Below, piece by piece: positions 11,820 through 24,035 of a stretch of 64,000 nucleotides of DNA. How positions within the stretch are numbered: position 1 is the first letter of the stretch; each line of letters opens with the position of its first letter. Below the pieces are notes generated by a model, which did not search any database, was not told where the DNA came from, and worked only from the letters and a program-made list of their open reading frames with translations. Origin of the DNA: Vicugna vicugna (lineage: Eukaryota); assembly GCA_013265495.1 (NCBI GenBank), contig MU058844.1:186001-250000 (forward strand), in the 5' to 3' direction. The translations under genes were made by a program, and so were the position numbers.

Positions 11820-12740
11820 CAACTGATCCCCTCCTCTGTCCCTGCATCAGCACACCTGCCTTTCCTTCAGCTGTCCTCAACTCAGCTAATGGCCACTCCA
11901 CCAACCCACTGCTCTGGCCCCCAAACTGGAAATCACCCTTGATTTCTCTCTTAGCCTTACTCCCCACTTCCTGAAAGTAACCATTTCTCAGGCACCACCG
12001 CTATCACCTTAGTTTCAGCCACCATCATCTCCTGCCCAGACCACTACTAGAACCTCCTAACTGGTCTTTCTCATGACACCCTCTATCTTTCTCCTCCTAC
12101 TTACCTGCCACACTATACACTTTGTAGTGTACACACTATACACACACTGCAAAGTGACTTTTAAAGGACAATCTGATTATATCATTCCTTCCAAAACCTT
12201 CCCAGTACAATCAGAATAAATCCAAACTCACATTAGAGTTACCAGGAGAGCTTTTTAAAAATGCTGATTCCTGCTTCCCACTAGAGATTCTGGTATAAGA
12301 GGTCCAGAGTGCATCCTGAGCCCGCTAGAGGACTGCTGCGGGCAGCCAGGGCTGGAATACTCTCAGCTCGTCCAGCCCCATCTCCCACCACTTCTCCTCA
12401 TGTTCACCAGACCCCGGCCACAACAGCCTCTCTCCTGCTCACGAGCCCCAAGCTCACACCCACCTCATGGCCCTGGCATTGCAAGCCCATCTGTTTGAAC
12501 CAATCTTCCCATGGACCATCGCTTAGGCTTCAATTCAAATATCACTTCCTCAGGGAGGCTTTCCCAACCTGGGTGAAGGCTGCCTGCCACTGTGCATAGT
12601 ACCCCTAAATCATCACTAAAGAAACTAGAAGGAAAATAGCAAGGCAACTGGAGGGTGGGGAGACTCACACACACCTAGGATAAACACTTACCTACAACAG
12701 TGCTGGTGCTCAGTGGATGCTTGTTGAATGAATGAATGAA
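11820..12740 (+). mobile_element. L2 LINE remnant with a small MER5-like hAT insertion (about 12230-12330)
   Basis: L2 motifs gccaccatcatctcctgcccagacc...cctcctaactggtct and tcaaatatcacttcctcagggaggc, ending cagtgctgg...gttgaatgaatgaatgaa. The insert reads cacattagagttaccaggagagctttttaaaaatgctgattcc. Confidence 0.8.
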
Positions 12741-13369
12741 CAAACGAAACAATGAAGCTATGGACCTTTAAATGCAAGCTCCCACTGAGAAGCACCCACT
12801 ATATATCCAGGCTCTGGCTGGGTACATGCGAGTGGTGAGATATTAAATGCCAGTGACAATTGGGTAGAGCAATTTACATGAAGTCTAACAGCTCAGACAG
12901 CTTATTTTCTAGAAACAGACAATAGGAACTGCTAAACTAGCTAATTTTTCTACAAAACAAAACCAAGAACTAGGAGAATGTCACATAGCTAAAAAAAAAA
13001 AAAGCCTAAACAAAATAAACAATTAACCCTCTTTATGATAGTCAAACTCCTAAAAAATGTGGCCTTGCATTCAAGACCTTAAATTACCAGACAGAAAGGT
13101 ACACCTTCTTCCCCTGATATGCACTCTCCCCTGCAGTCATACTGAGCAGGCTGGCCCTTTTCCAAATCACCTCATGCCTCTCACCCCCTCTTACCTGGAT
13201 CACCCTGCCTCTTACTCTAGAAATTCCTTCACTCCAAATCTCTGTCAAAATTCCAGCCAGTCTTAAAAGCCTAGATAAAATGTCACCATGCTTATAACAC
13301 ACTTCCTAATCCCACAGCTTCTGAATACTCCTTTTTTCTCTATGGTAGAGAGATTTTCGTGTGTGTGAT

Positions 13370-13985
13370 TTCCATGCTTCCACTCTGGCCCCTAAACCGT
13401 ATTCTCCGTACATCATACAGATGGGACTTTAAAAAATAAAATTCCAGCAAGACACTCCATTTCACTGGCTTTTCATCCCACCCAGGACTCAACCCCAATT
13501 CCTCATCGTTCCAGGCCCACTTCCGTTTGGGAGCCCGTCTTGGGCACTTGGATCTTGCTCCTCCAGCCATCCCGACCTCCTGTTGGTTCTGCTGAGCTGC
13601 CTGCTCATCCCTTCGGGGCCTCTGCACTTATATCCCTCTGACCATGTGACTTTCTGGGCTCTTCCCAAGACCATCTTCCTTTCATGCTTCAGATATCTCC
13701 TGCAATATCCCTCCTCAAGGAGCCTTCACAGATGACACAAGGAAGGCAGCTCCCTGCTCTGCTCTTGGCCACAGCAAAGAGTAACTATTTCCTTCCAAGC
13801 CCTTTTCACAACCTGTAACTATGTGCTATTCTTACGCTTGCTTCCAGTCTCTCTATCAGCACAGAAGCTCCTGGAAGGCGGTGACCATAGCTACGTTTTC
13901 ACCATTGTTACTGTCCCTTTAATTCTAGGCAGAATGCCTGGCATATCAGGGGGCTGGAGGTAGGGGGAATAGCGAATGAATAAAC
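13370..13985 (+). mobile_element. L2 LINE remnant
   Basis: aagctcctggaaggcggtgacc...agaatgcctggcata...gaatgaataaa 3' end. Confidence 0.7.
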
Positions 13986-16344
13986 AAATCAGGGCAAAAA
14001 CTCACGTCTCCACAAGCAGATGAAGTCCTTTTTCTCAGAACCCTCTCGGAAGTTTGCTTCCTACCTCTCTAGTAGTATTCTCCTAGATGTCTTGTATTAC
14101 AGTTATTTGTACATGGGTTTGCCATCAGCCGAGCTAGGTTGGTTCTTAATCATCTTTGTCTTCACTACAGCACCAGATTAAGCTCCAAAAAGAAAAAGGA
14201 AAGAGGATCAGGAGAGAGGAAATAAGGATGAGAGAAAATAAAGGAGAAGGAAAAGGGAAGGAAATCAGGAAATTGTTAAGAAAAAGACAAGAAATGAAGG
14301 AGTGAGTCTACAGAGAACATAAACATTAGAGAAAATTCCTTTATAATTGGTTAATAACACACACATTAGTAAGGTAATAGTTTTCTCTGAGCTGTAATTT
14401 TGGGGCCACATTACTGGTTTTTCCCTATCCTCTTTTCCATCTCCTTTCCATTTCACCGGAATGTCACCCCCACACCCTTTTGCTGCTTGTACCGTGGGGC
14501 CCAGATTGCAAAGTGACTAGAAACTTTGACTTCTCTTGGGCTGGGTTAGTTCATTGTCTCTACAATTAACAGACTGACCTTGAGACACCAATAATGGGAG
14601 CTGTCACTCCTTGGCATCAGAGGGGAGTAACTAACAAGGTGATCGGCTCCATATCAAAGTTTATTTTGAAAAGAGCAGACTACCAATAATTTCCATTCCC
14701 GGAGATCAAACGAACAGTCTGTGTTGTTCTGGCATTTTCCTTTGGCCACTTCCTTCTGTCTGGGTTGAGTTGAGCTGTGTGTTTTCCTGAGATTGGACTG
14801 AGGTAGAGTGCCTGCGAATGTATTGTGCCAAAGGGATTTTTCAGTTGGTTCATGAAAGAGGAAGTCGTGGTTAACAAGTTCCTTCCTTGGCTACAGGAAA
14901 AGAGGTGGGAGCACAGGGAGCAGTGGAGCAGAGGAAAAGGCAGAACGAGACGGGGAAAGGCTCAGCGAGCCAAGTGCAAGCTAAGTTAGAAACAGAAATG
15001 ATTTCAAAATAGCCAAATGGTATTCTCTGGGCACTAAAATCAAAGAAGAGCCACATATAGCAAAACAATGACATTAGTTTTTCATCCAAAGAACCCAAGA
15101 GGACTTTTTTCCTTTATCAAGTACCTAAGCAATGAAAGAAGGAAGAAGACTAAATTTTCAGGAAAGCTATGTGAAAGTTTGGTTATTACTCACTCATCCA
15201 TGCAACTCTTTTTAACTGTAATAATTTTACTGTAATTGGTAACAGATTTTTTTTCTCTCTTCTTGTGTCATACTCCCCATCCCCTGCAGGCAAGATAATA
15301 TCAACAATTTTTTTTCTGTGTTTTTTTCCATTCTGGTTACAACATGTGCAATAAAAGTAAACATATTTATAACACAATATGTTGTGTAACACAATAGCCT
15401 TTTCCATTTTGCTGGGCCTCAAAACTTAAAAAGTAATAAACACTCTATACTCCCACAAAATTAAGTGCTTTGATATTTCAAATTCTTAGTAGAATGTTTC
15501 TTGGCCCTTGAATTCCTAGAAACCAGTAAGGATAGCTCAGAAGAAACAAGGTACTGCAAAAGCACAACAAATAATGTCTGCAAGATGATTACGAGAACTC
15601 GATTTCATAAGAGTAAAGTGTGAACAGTTGCAGCCTCAAGGTTCCACATTTCTCTTTTTTATAATAAAATAATATAATAATATTGGACATTTGTAGTTAA
15701 ACTCTGTACCCCCAGGATTATAATAAAGCCTTTGAATATAAACCCATATAAAGTGGTACCAGACTTAAATCTACCAATTCTAAAATTAACGATAAACTTT
15801 TCATGTAAATCAAACTAGCAATAAATCAAACAATTTGAGTAATGCCACATGTTAAACCTTCCACTGCACCTAAAACCCTGCAACACTGAGACTATCTTAT
15901 TTCATTCAATGCTGCATTAACTATAAAGAACCACAAAAAAAATTAACTATAAGAAATTAACTATGGACCAAATTTTAAGTTATATTTCTCGGTATCCTGT
16001 GAGAAATATTTAGTTATTAATCTGGAGATTTGTGTTTTCCTTAAAAATTGTGCTGTTTCTAAACAAATTATCTTTGTTTGATAAATTATATAATAAGAAC
16101 TGCAAAAGGTAAAAACCTCACGTTCATTGCTAAACATACGTTCTAATAAATCTTCAGCACCAGAGTCTAGATTCTAACCACAAATTTTGGGGTCACTTGC
16201 CCATTCTATATTTGGTAGTGTAACTTTTGGAGTAAATCCAACTATGGTAATATTAGTAGCAACGAGGATTAACTGACACACCTAATTCCTTAGCAAAAAC
16301 AAATGTAGGATGTGACCACATAACTGAACTCTAATAACAAGAGT

Positions 16345-16600
16345 AGTGTCCCTATCGTCTGCTCAGCCCAACACCTGACCCTACAGGCTCTACCTCAATC
16401 ACATACTGAGTCCAGCCATCCTTTACTACCTGCACCACTTCTCCACTTGTCCACGTCACCATCCTCCCTCACATGGACAACTGCCATGGCCTCTTGACTA
16501 GCCTCCCTGCTCCCCTCTTAATCCCCTACAGTCTATTTTTCCACTCCAACCCCAGAGGAATCTTTCAAAATTATCTATTAGAACATGGCACTCTCCCACA
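16345..16600 (+). mobile_element. L2 LINE remnant
   Basis: caccatcctccctcacatggacaactgc...gcctcttgactagcctccctgc. Confidence 0.7.
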
Positions 16601-18986
16601 CATTTTCTCTTCTCTCTGTGCTCATTCTTATCCTTCTTTTCCTGCAGAAATGGAGAGACTGGATGAACAACATCTTGTTGTTTCCTCCCTCTCAAGCTCT
16701 GAAGAGAAAGGGTCTAAGAAAAGTGGTCCCAGAAGATGGCACATTTTTAGTACTGATATCCTACTACTTTCACAATTTGGAACAGAATAATTACAAGAGT
16801 CATTAGCACCTCACTTACCCAAAAGCCACCTGTCTGATGAGTCCAACTTCTAGAACACTGCCAAGAAGAACCAGAGAAAGGAGAAACTGAAAAGGAGACT
16901 CACAGATACCACAAAGTCCTCACATTAGTTTTCCTTTGTATTTTAGACAAATCTAATAAACTCAGTCATCTACTTCCCCACATTATAACCAGCGAGAATA
17001 CACTGTTGGGGACTGGGAGTTCTAGGGGCAGGCATATGGGTGGCATCAGAAAATGAGCACAAATAGCCTACCAGAGAGGAGGTGGTAGCAAAATTATGAA
17101 AACAGGCATGAAAATTCCAAAAATACAACAATATATGGTCTTCAGTGTAATGGAAAAACACGACCTACTTGGAGTAAATCCTAAGTGTATCACTGTATTA
17201 CAGCATGATATTTCCAAAATCATCCTGAAACAACAGGAAAACATTAGATGATATTACAAATACCTTAAAGATATTAGATATCTTTTAAGATAAGATATTA
17301 AGAAGATAGGTAAGTATACAATGTTTTAGTAAATTTTCCAACAAAATGGTTGGAATAGTTTTAAGTGATGATGCTTAAAAGGTTACAGTTCATTCATCCT
17401 TTAGATGAAAAATGGATTCCTCCAAGACAATGGTAATAAAATGAGCAAACATCCTGACTGGCAACAAAATTAATCTTCTGTTGAATATTTGTCAGTGGCA
17501 TGTTCAGCCTCAAGAGGGCGCTCAAGATTTCCCATCTGCAGGTATTCCAGGAGGAGGAAGGAGGCATAACAGTACAGATGAAGACAAGGAGGCTATGTGT
17601 CCTCACTACTTGGAAGTTCCCCGATACATAACAAGCTAAGAGGTTAAGGTTTTATGTCCATACGGCACATTCTCATTAGCTTTTTCCCATTGAACCCAAT
17701 TCCTGTTTGGATTGCTCCTCCCTCTTCCACCTTGCACACAAAGGCTGCCTTCTACTTGGGAAGACTGTCCTTCTTCATCCAAAAAATATTCTTGAGCATC
17801 TCCTACTTATCAGGTCCTGTTCTAGATGCTGAGGATGCAGATGCAGCAGTGAACAAGAAAGGCTCGGAATAAGCAGCTTATGCCAGCTCCATCCTAAGCC
17901 TTCGTTGTTGCATAGGGACAGGATGAAGCCAGGACACAGGTGAAGGACCTTCCAAATCAGGAGATAAAAGCTTGCAGAAAGGAGATGCAGGACTCCTCTG
18001 ACATGTGGCCTCATAAGCCCACCACTCCTTCGTGAGGGATAAGGCTACATGCAGGAGCTGTAGCCATTTTACCATCAGGGATAGCCTTCATCCTAACTGG
18101 TAGAAGTATATCTTCTACCCAAGATAAGCCCTTAGTGCAAGTAGGTGTCCAAGTGCCTCATGTCTGCCAATCCACTGATTCACAGGGGTTTCAGGCTCTC
18201 ATAGCCTAAATACACAGTGTCAGTGATATGACCAGTCTATTTCTCCTAAAGACTTAACAAGGGATGTGGTCTCAGCAGTCGACAAAACAAGATATCAAAA
18301 TTCCTCAGTGATCACTATCACAGCCTAAAATCCCTGCCTGTAACATGAACATAGCTGACACCCTTAGCAGGCCTATAAACAGGCCTTGTAAGTGGACCCA
18401 AAGGGCTTCCCCATTACGAGTGAGCTAGGCGGTCACCACCTCAATCCTTAATGCTAACTGTACTTTGGAATACTACCTGGGAACCTTCAGCAAAAGCCCT
18501 GCTTCACCCTCCACTGGAGTTCAGAGGGAGTGAGGACCCAGGAGAACAGCCATGGCCCACACTTGGCACGTAAAAATGCTTTCAAGGGTTCCTCAAGTAC
18601 ACTTCTGGCATTCACTTGCCTGCCCCTTCACCCCAACCCCCTGAAGGCAAAACTATCCCATTATCTGTATCCTCACTGCTTTCTTCAGAATTAGGTGCTG
18701 ACGTGCACTCTGTTTATTATTATCAGGTATTCAGAAGCTGATTTGTTGCCTCACATTTTTGGATACAACTTCTGAGTTCAGAATGCACCAGAGGATTAAT
18801 AGTAATTGTAGTTTTTATTCAAGTACAAAAAATATTCTGTTATTAGTGGAAACTGAGGAAAGTAAGTAGATGTTGGGAAACTTAAAAAAAACTTTATTGT
18901 TAATTTGTGGGTACAAGAATCTAAGTGTTAGGTTTTAAAATGTTAAGCCTTAAAAAATTGTTTGGTTTAAAACATATTAGCCCTTT

Positions 18987-20131
18987 TGTGATAGCCAAAC
19001 TGCAAAATGACCCGGTGAGTCTTGCCTCCTAGTATTCACACCACTGTGTAGCCCTCCAAGCCCACCCCACCCCACCCACGGTGACCTATGTAACCGGTAG
19101 AATATTACAAAAATGACAGGGAAGCGTGACTTCCAAGACTAAGCTGCAAAAGAAATTTTGGCCTCCACCTTACCTTGCTCATTTGTTCTCCCTGGGGGAA
19201 GCTAGCCTCCATGTTGTGAGGACACTCAAGCAGCTCAGGGAGAAGCCCAAATGGGAAAGAAGTGAGACCTGCCAACAACTAACACCATGTGGGTTGTTGT
19301 GTCAGTCTCAGACTATTTATGGTGATGCTACAGGAAAGGAATGCCTGAGGCATCACCTAGGCTGGTATTACTTACAGCGAGCCCCCATGGACATTTCCTA
19401 TCCAAAGCCAGTGTTGTGGCTGGACCAGCCCTTGTGGTTCTTATGATTTCAAGATGCACTTGAGCAAACCATTAGAGAACTTTGAAAAACAAGATTTATC
19501 ACTTACAAGTCCTAGAGGGTACACAGCATGCCCAGGGGCCACACAGCGAGGTTGAGGGTAGAGAGAGAAGGAAGTAAAGACCTGGGGTTCTGCCTTTATT
19601 AGGGTCTAGGGGTGGGGTGCCTAAGGTTTCATGGGTTCACTCTTCATTGGCAAATTTAAAGCATTCGGGCATGGGAAAGGAGAAGCAGGGTCATTCAAGT
19701 GGTCAGTTATCTAGGTTACCCATATAAAAGGGGAACTTCATGGATGGAGGCAGCCTGGTTCCTTATCTAATTGTTTTGCTAGTAGCTGTGTTATACAGTT
19801 GCAATGTATTTGTTCAAGATGGGTATCTTTGAAATAGATGCCTCAGCAATTGAAAGCTTAATGCCAGGAACTTACATTACAACCGAAAAGCTTAACACTA
19901 GGCACTTGCACTACAGGAGTGCACCATCCTACAAGTGGCTCCCCCAGCGCCATGCTAGAATGACTCCCAACTGACATCCTGAGATGTACTGAAAGACCCC
20001 AAGCCCGAGCTAATCAGCTAAGGCACTTTCAAATCCCTGACCAAAAGAAATTATGTGAAATAATAAATGTTCATTGTTTTAAGCTACTAGATTTGGGGTG
20101 CCTTGTCCTGCAGCAATAGATTACTAATATA
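18987..20131 (+). mobile_element. ERVL-MaLR solo LTR (MLT1F-like), interrupted by a second LTR
   Basis: Starts TGTGATAGCC, contains ctgggggaagctagcctccatgttgtgaggacactcaagcagc, and ends aataaatgttcattgttttaagctac...gcaatagattactaatata. Confidence 0.85.
19295..19915 (-). mobile_element. ERVL-type solo LTR (MER76-like) nested in MLT1F
   Basis: TG...CA termini. The - strand starts TGTAGTGCAAGTGCCTAG and a reverse AATAAA (tttatt) lies at about 19595. Imperfect 5-bp TSD tgggt/ggagt. Confidence 0.7.
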
Positions 20132-20214
20132 AAACTTTATACTGTTAAAAGTTGCTAGTTACTATCAATTCATACTTGGTCTAACAACTACATACTTTGG
20201 TTTCATAGGTACTG

Positions 20215-20415
20215 GTAGTCAACAGCATTGGCTCTGAAGTCAGACTGACTGGGTTCAAGGGTATGTTCCATACTGTGTGACCTAAGACAAGTTATTTATA
20301 CAGTCTTGCAATGTGCCGATTATAACAGTACATGTCTCATAAGATTGCTGTGAGAACTGAGTTAACTCTATAGTGTCAGGAACACAGCAGGAGCTCAATA
20401 AATGCTAGCTATTAT
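20215..20415 (+). mobile_element. MIR SINE, near full length
   Basis: ggctctgaagtcagactgactgggttcaa...ctgtgtgacctaagacaagtta...gctcaataaatgctagctattat. Confidence 0.85.
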
Positions 20416-20631
20416 GATGTAGAAATAAATAAATGAGGCTATCCTTTATAAAAGGGAAAAATGACAGTAGAAAAAATTGGGGAAACATATTCACTTGGCT
20501 GTTGATTCTTTTTTTTTTTTTTATGGCTTCTGCCACATGTAAGGAAGGAAAAAAAAAAGGGAGCAGATAGACCAAAGACAGCAGAAAAGATTTGAGCTAA
20601 TAAGCCTTAACCACATCTAACCAGCGTAAAG

Positions 20632-20977
20632 TAGGGTGACCATATAATTAATCATAATAAACAAGGATATTTCTGAGAATGAAAAGGAGCCCTACTGAGA
20701 ATGGTGTTGAGAAGAGACATAAAACAGGATACCCCTAAGGGGGAGGGTACAGCTTAGTTGGCAGAGTGCATGCTTAGCATGCACGAGGTCCTGGGTTCAA
20801 TCCCCAGTACCTCCATCAAGTATATAAATAAACCTAACTACCTCCCTCAAAAAAAAAAAGTAGCCATGCGATTAATATTTTTTTTACACAACATTGTAAA
20901 ATGACTATAACTCAATAAAAAAAAGGTTAAAAAAAAAACATGATGCCCCTAGCAAAGCAAGTACATAAGCACTCTTA
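20632..20977 (+). mobile_element. hAT-Blackjack MITE (MER81-like) interrupted by a SINE
   Basis: Starts tagggtgaccatataatt...ttctgagaatgaaaagg. A degenerate other end (gcaaagcaagtacataagcactctta) follows the SINE. Confidence 0.65.
20738..20934 (+). mobile_element. tRNA-Ala-derived camelid-type SINE (vic-1-like) with an appended L1 3' end
   Basis: ggggagggtacagcttagttggcagagtgcatgcttagcatgcacgaggtcctgggttcaatccccagtacctcca carries A and B boxes. 17-bp TSD at 20721-20737 and 20935-20951 with 2 mismatches. Confidence 0.9.
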
Positions 20978-21783
20978 AGTGACTACAGTATAAATAAACT
21001 GTTGAAGTTGAGAACAAAGTTCTGAAAAGGAGATTCCAGAGCTATTCTGAGAGGTGCAGTCAAAGATAAGAACTGAGTCGAGTGTGTAAAATATTATACA
21101 AAAACCCTGATTGAGGTCAGCATTAGTATTCCTTTAAGCAGTGATGGAGAAAATAATAATTTACCAAAAAGTACTAAATGAAGACTTTATTTCCTTAGTT
21201 CTTCTCTTAATGTGTCATCTGTTCAAATACAGTATTAACCTTCTTTTTCTTAGCAGTTTTTAATGGGACAAAATGCACACTAACGCAGGTTTCAGCTAAT
21301 AGTGACTCCCAGTTTAAACCAAGAGACTATAAACACAGCATTAGCTGGTGACAGGCTGCCTTCACGGTAGGTAAAGTATCTTTGAGGAAATAAACACTAC
21401 CCAAATGTTTGAACTTCCAAATGTGATTAGTGAGATTTTTGTGATCAGAATCTACTTTTTCCTACAATGATGGTCATGCTTTTTTTTAAAAGAAAAAAAA
21501 AAAAGCAAGACTTGTACTTGTGGTTGTAGAAAGTCTCTCAAGTTTACTTCTTTATTTTTGCCACCATACAAGAAAGAGCACGGTAAATACAGGCCCATTC
21601 CCAGATCAACCCAATGAGAGCTTTCCCTGAGATTGGCCCAAAATTCATTAAGATTGTTTACACTGAACTCAGAGAACCTCTTAAAGTACAGGAAAAAATT
21701 TAAGTAAAAATGTTACCTCTGTATCATGCTGTAAGTCCCTTTATTGTGACAGCTATGATGTTTCCATTCAGAAATTACATGGT

Positions 21784-21929
21784 GAGGGGAGGGTATAGCT
21801 CAAAGTATAGAGCATGTGCTCAGCATGAACAAGGTCCTGAGTTCAATTCCCAGTACCTTCATTTAAAAAAAAAAAAATTAAATAAATGAACCTAATTACC
21901 TCCCCCCACAAAAAACAAACAAACAAACA
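21784..21929 (+). mobile_element. tRNA-Ala-derived camelid-type SINE (vic-1-like)
   Basis: ggggagggtatagctcaaagtatagagcatgtgctcagcatg...gttcaattcccagtacc with an A/AAAC tail. Perfect 12-bp TSD aaattacatggt at 21772-21783 and 21930-21941. Confidence 0.92.
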
Positions 21930-22300
21930 AAATTACATGGTAGCATACAATGAAGTAATTCGGATAGTGACTTTTATATTCATGTCTAAGGATTTTACTG
22001 AATGTGAATGTAAAAATATAATTTTTAAAAGGCTAAAAACATAATTCACATGTGAGTGTACAGTGAACACATGTCAAAGACTTACGTAACTCATAATGAG
22101 GAAAATGACAAGGTGGCAAAGAAATTGATACAGTGAATTAAAAAAAAAAGAATCCTGGAACAAGATTTCTAAATTACATAAAAAACTCATTAATATTCTA
22201 TAGGGTAATAAAACATAACCTTTGGAGGTTATCATTTCTACTTATAAGAAATCATTTGCATCATAACAATTTTCTATAACTTCTAACTTTAACAGAGTCT

Positions 22301-22553
22301 GTTACGGTTACCAAAGGGGAAAGAGGGAGAGGGATAAATTAGGAGTTTGAGATTTGCAGATACTAACTACTATATATAAAATAGATAAACACAAAGTCCT
22401 CTTGTACAACACAAGGAACTATATTCAATACCTTGTAATAACCTATAATGAAAAAGAATAGGAAAAAGAATATATATGTATAACTGAATCATTATGCCAT
22501 ATACCAAAAACAAATACAACATTGTAAATCAACTATACTTCAATTAAAAAAAA
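22301..22553 (+). mobile_element. LINE-1 3' UTR fragment
   Basis: Closely similar to 825-1080 of this window: ggttaccaaagggg...gagggataaattaggagtttg...acaacattgtaaatcaactatacttcaattaaaaa. Confidence 0.92.
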
Positions 22554-22708
22554 CACACAATTCTGAATACTAATTAATAGCAAATATTAAGTAAAACAAT
22601 GTTACATTGTCTAGGGAATCAGATTACCCTTAGGTCTTGTTAGACAATGTCTATTGTGACTTTGAAAGGTTGTATCACCATCTTAATATCTTAACAAAAA
22701 CATTATTC

Positions 22709-22761
22709 TTTTTTAAAATTGAAGTATAATCAGTTACAATGTGTCAATTTCTGGTGTACAG
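22709..22761 (-). mobile_element. Ultra-short LINE-1 3' terminus
   Basis: The - strand reads ctgtacaccagaaattgacacattgtaactgattatacttcaattttaaaaaa, matching the L1 tails at about 1023-1075 and 22500-22550. Confidence 0.8.
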
Positions 22762-23554
22762 AAATGAAGTCCTGATTCACCTGTCTATAATGATAAAAAC
22801 TATACTGCTCTCCCTGAAAAAAATACAGCTAATTAAAAAGCCAGGACAGAGGCTGGATCTGAGGTAAGTGTCAAATTTACATTCGCAAAGTTCCTTTCCA
22901 CATAGTACTTATACTTACCTCCCTTTATTAGGGTCCTATGCCAAACACTGACTTTAGGTCCTGAAATGGTTTGCTCAAGGGCATAACCACAACACATTCA
23001 TCTTCATGTTCATCATAAAGCCCAGCACGTCTTGCTGTTTATTCATTCATCTAACAAAACTTTACCTTGTACCTACTATGTACAAGGAGTTCTGTTAGGT
23101 TAGAATTTTATATAGGAAATCAGCATAGCCAAGAGAGAATGACTCAAAGGTCGTGGAAGAAATGGACAAACACAAAAAGCCATCACAATTGCAAAAGCAA
23201 GGGAAGAAAAGAGAAAAAGTTAAAAGAGAAAGCATGTCATTGCTGGCAGCATAGGATGGGTGTGTTTGAAGATAAACAGACCAAAGCCACAGTAGGAGGC
23301 AATAAGCAGGTAACAGAAGAATTGCTCAATATTACAGAGGTGGCTGCTCATGCATTCTTTCACCAAAAAGCTAAATTAATGATGATAGTTAATTGGATTT
23401 GAAGAGAAAGCCTAAAAAATAAAGAGACACAAGTGACTTCAAATTGTTCACATTTGAATTAAAAACAAAGAAAACACTGGAATACTCCCAAAGGAGCCCA
23501 GCTCCCTGCCAGTTTTTAATACTGCATGACGTCCACTTGAGAGGCAAAGTGGAC

Positions 23555-24035
23555 TCATGTAAACCATGTCCCTCCTCTGCTTAAAAACCTTCAGGGGCTT
23601 CTTGTTCTTTGAATGAAATCCATACTCCTGTCCAGGCCATATAAGGTTCAGCAAAGTCTAGCTGCAGACTGGCTCTCCCTCCACCCCTCAACTTCTCCCC
23701 TCTGCTCATGAAGCTCCAATAGTCTGGATTCTGACACACCAAGTTCCTCCCCACCTTAGGTCCTGTGGACTTGCTGGTCCTCTATCTAGGATGCTCCTGG
23801 CCTAGCTAACTCCTACCCATCCTTCAGGTCTCAGATTCAATATCACCTGCTCAAATAGACTTCCCCTGACCACCTCAACTCACCTACCCATCCTCCTGCC
23901 ATCTTATTATTTTCTGACATTGTATATTCATCTGTTTCCATGACAGCAGGGATCTTGTCTATGCCATTAACCATTATATCCCCAGAACAGTGCCTGGCGT
24001 TCACTAAGCACTTGATATTACTGAAAGAATGCATG
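23555..24035 (+). mobile_element. L2 LINE 3' remnant
   Basis: accatgtccctcctctgcttaaaaaccttca...atccccagaacagtgcctggc...aagcacttgatattactgaaagaatg. Confidence 0.85.

Noticed and set aside
20738..20815. tRNA-Ala-like sequences here and at 21784 and 59344 as functional tRNA genes
   Set aside because: They have disrupted stems, A-rich tails and TSDs, so they are SINE copies.
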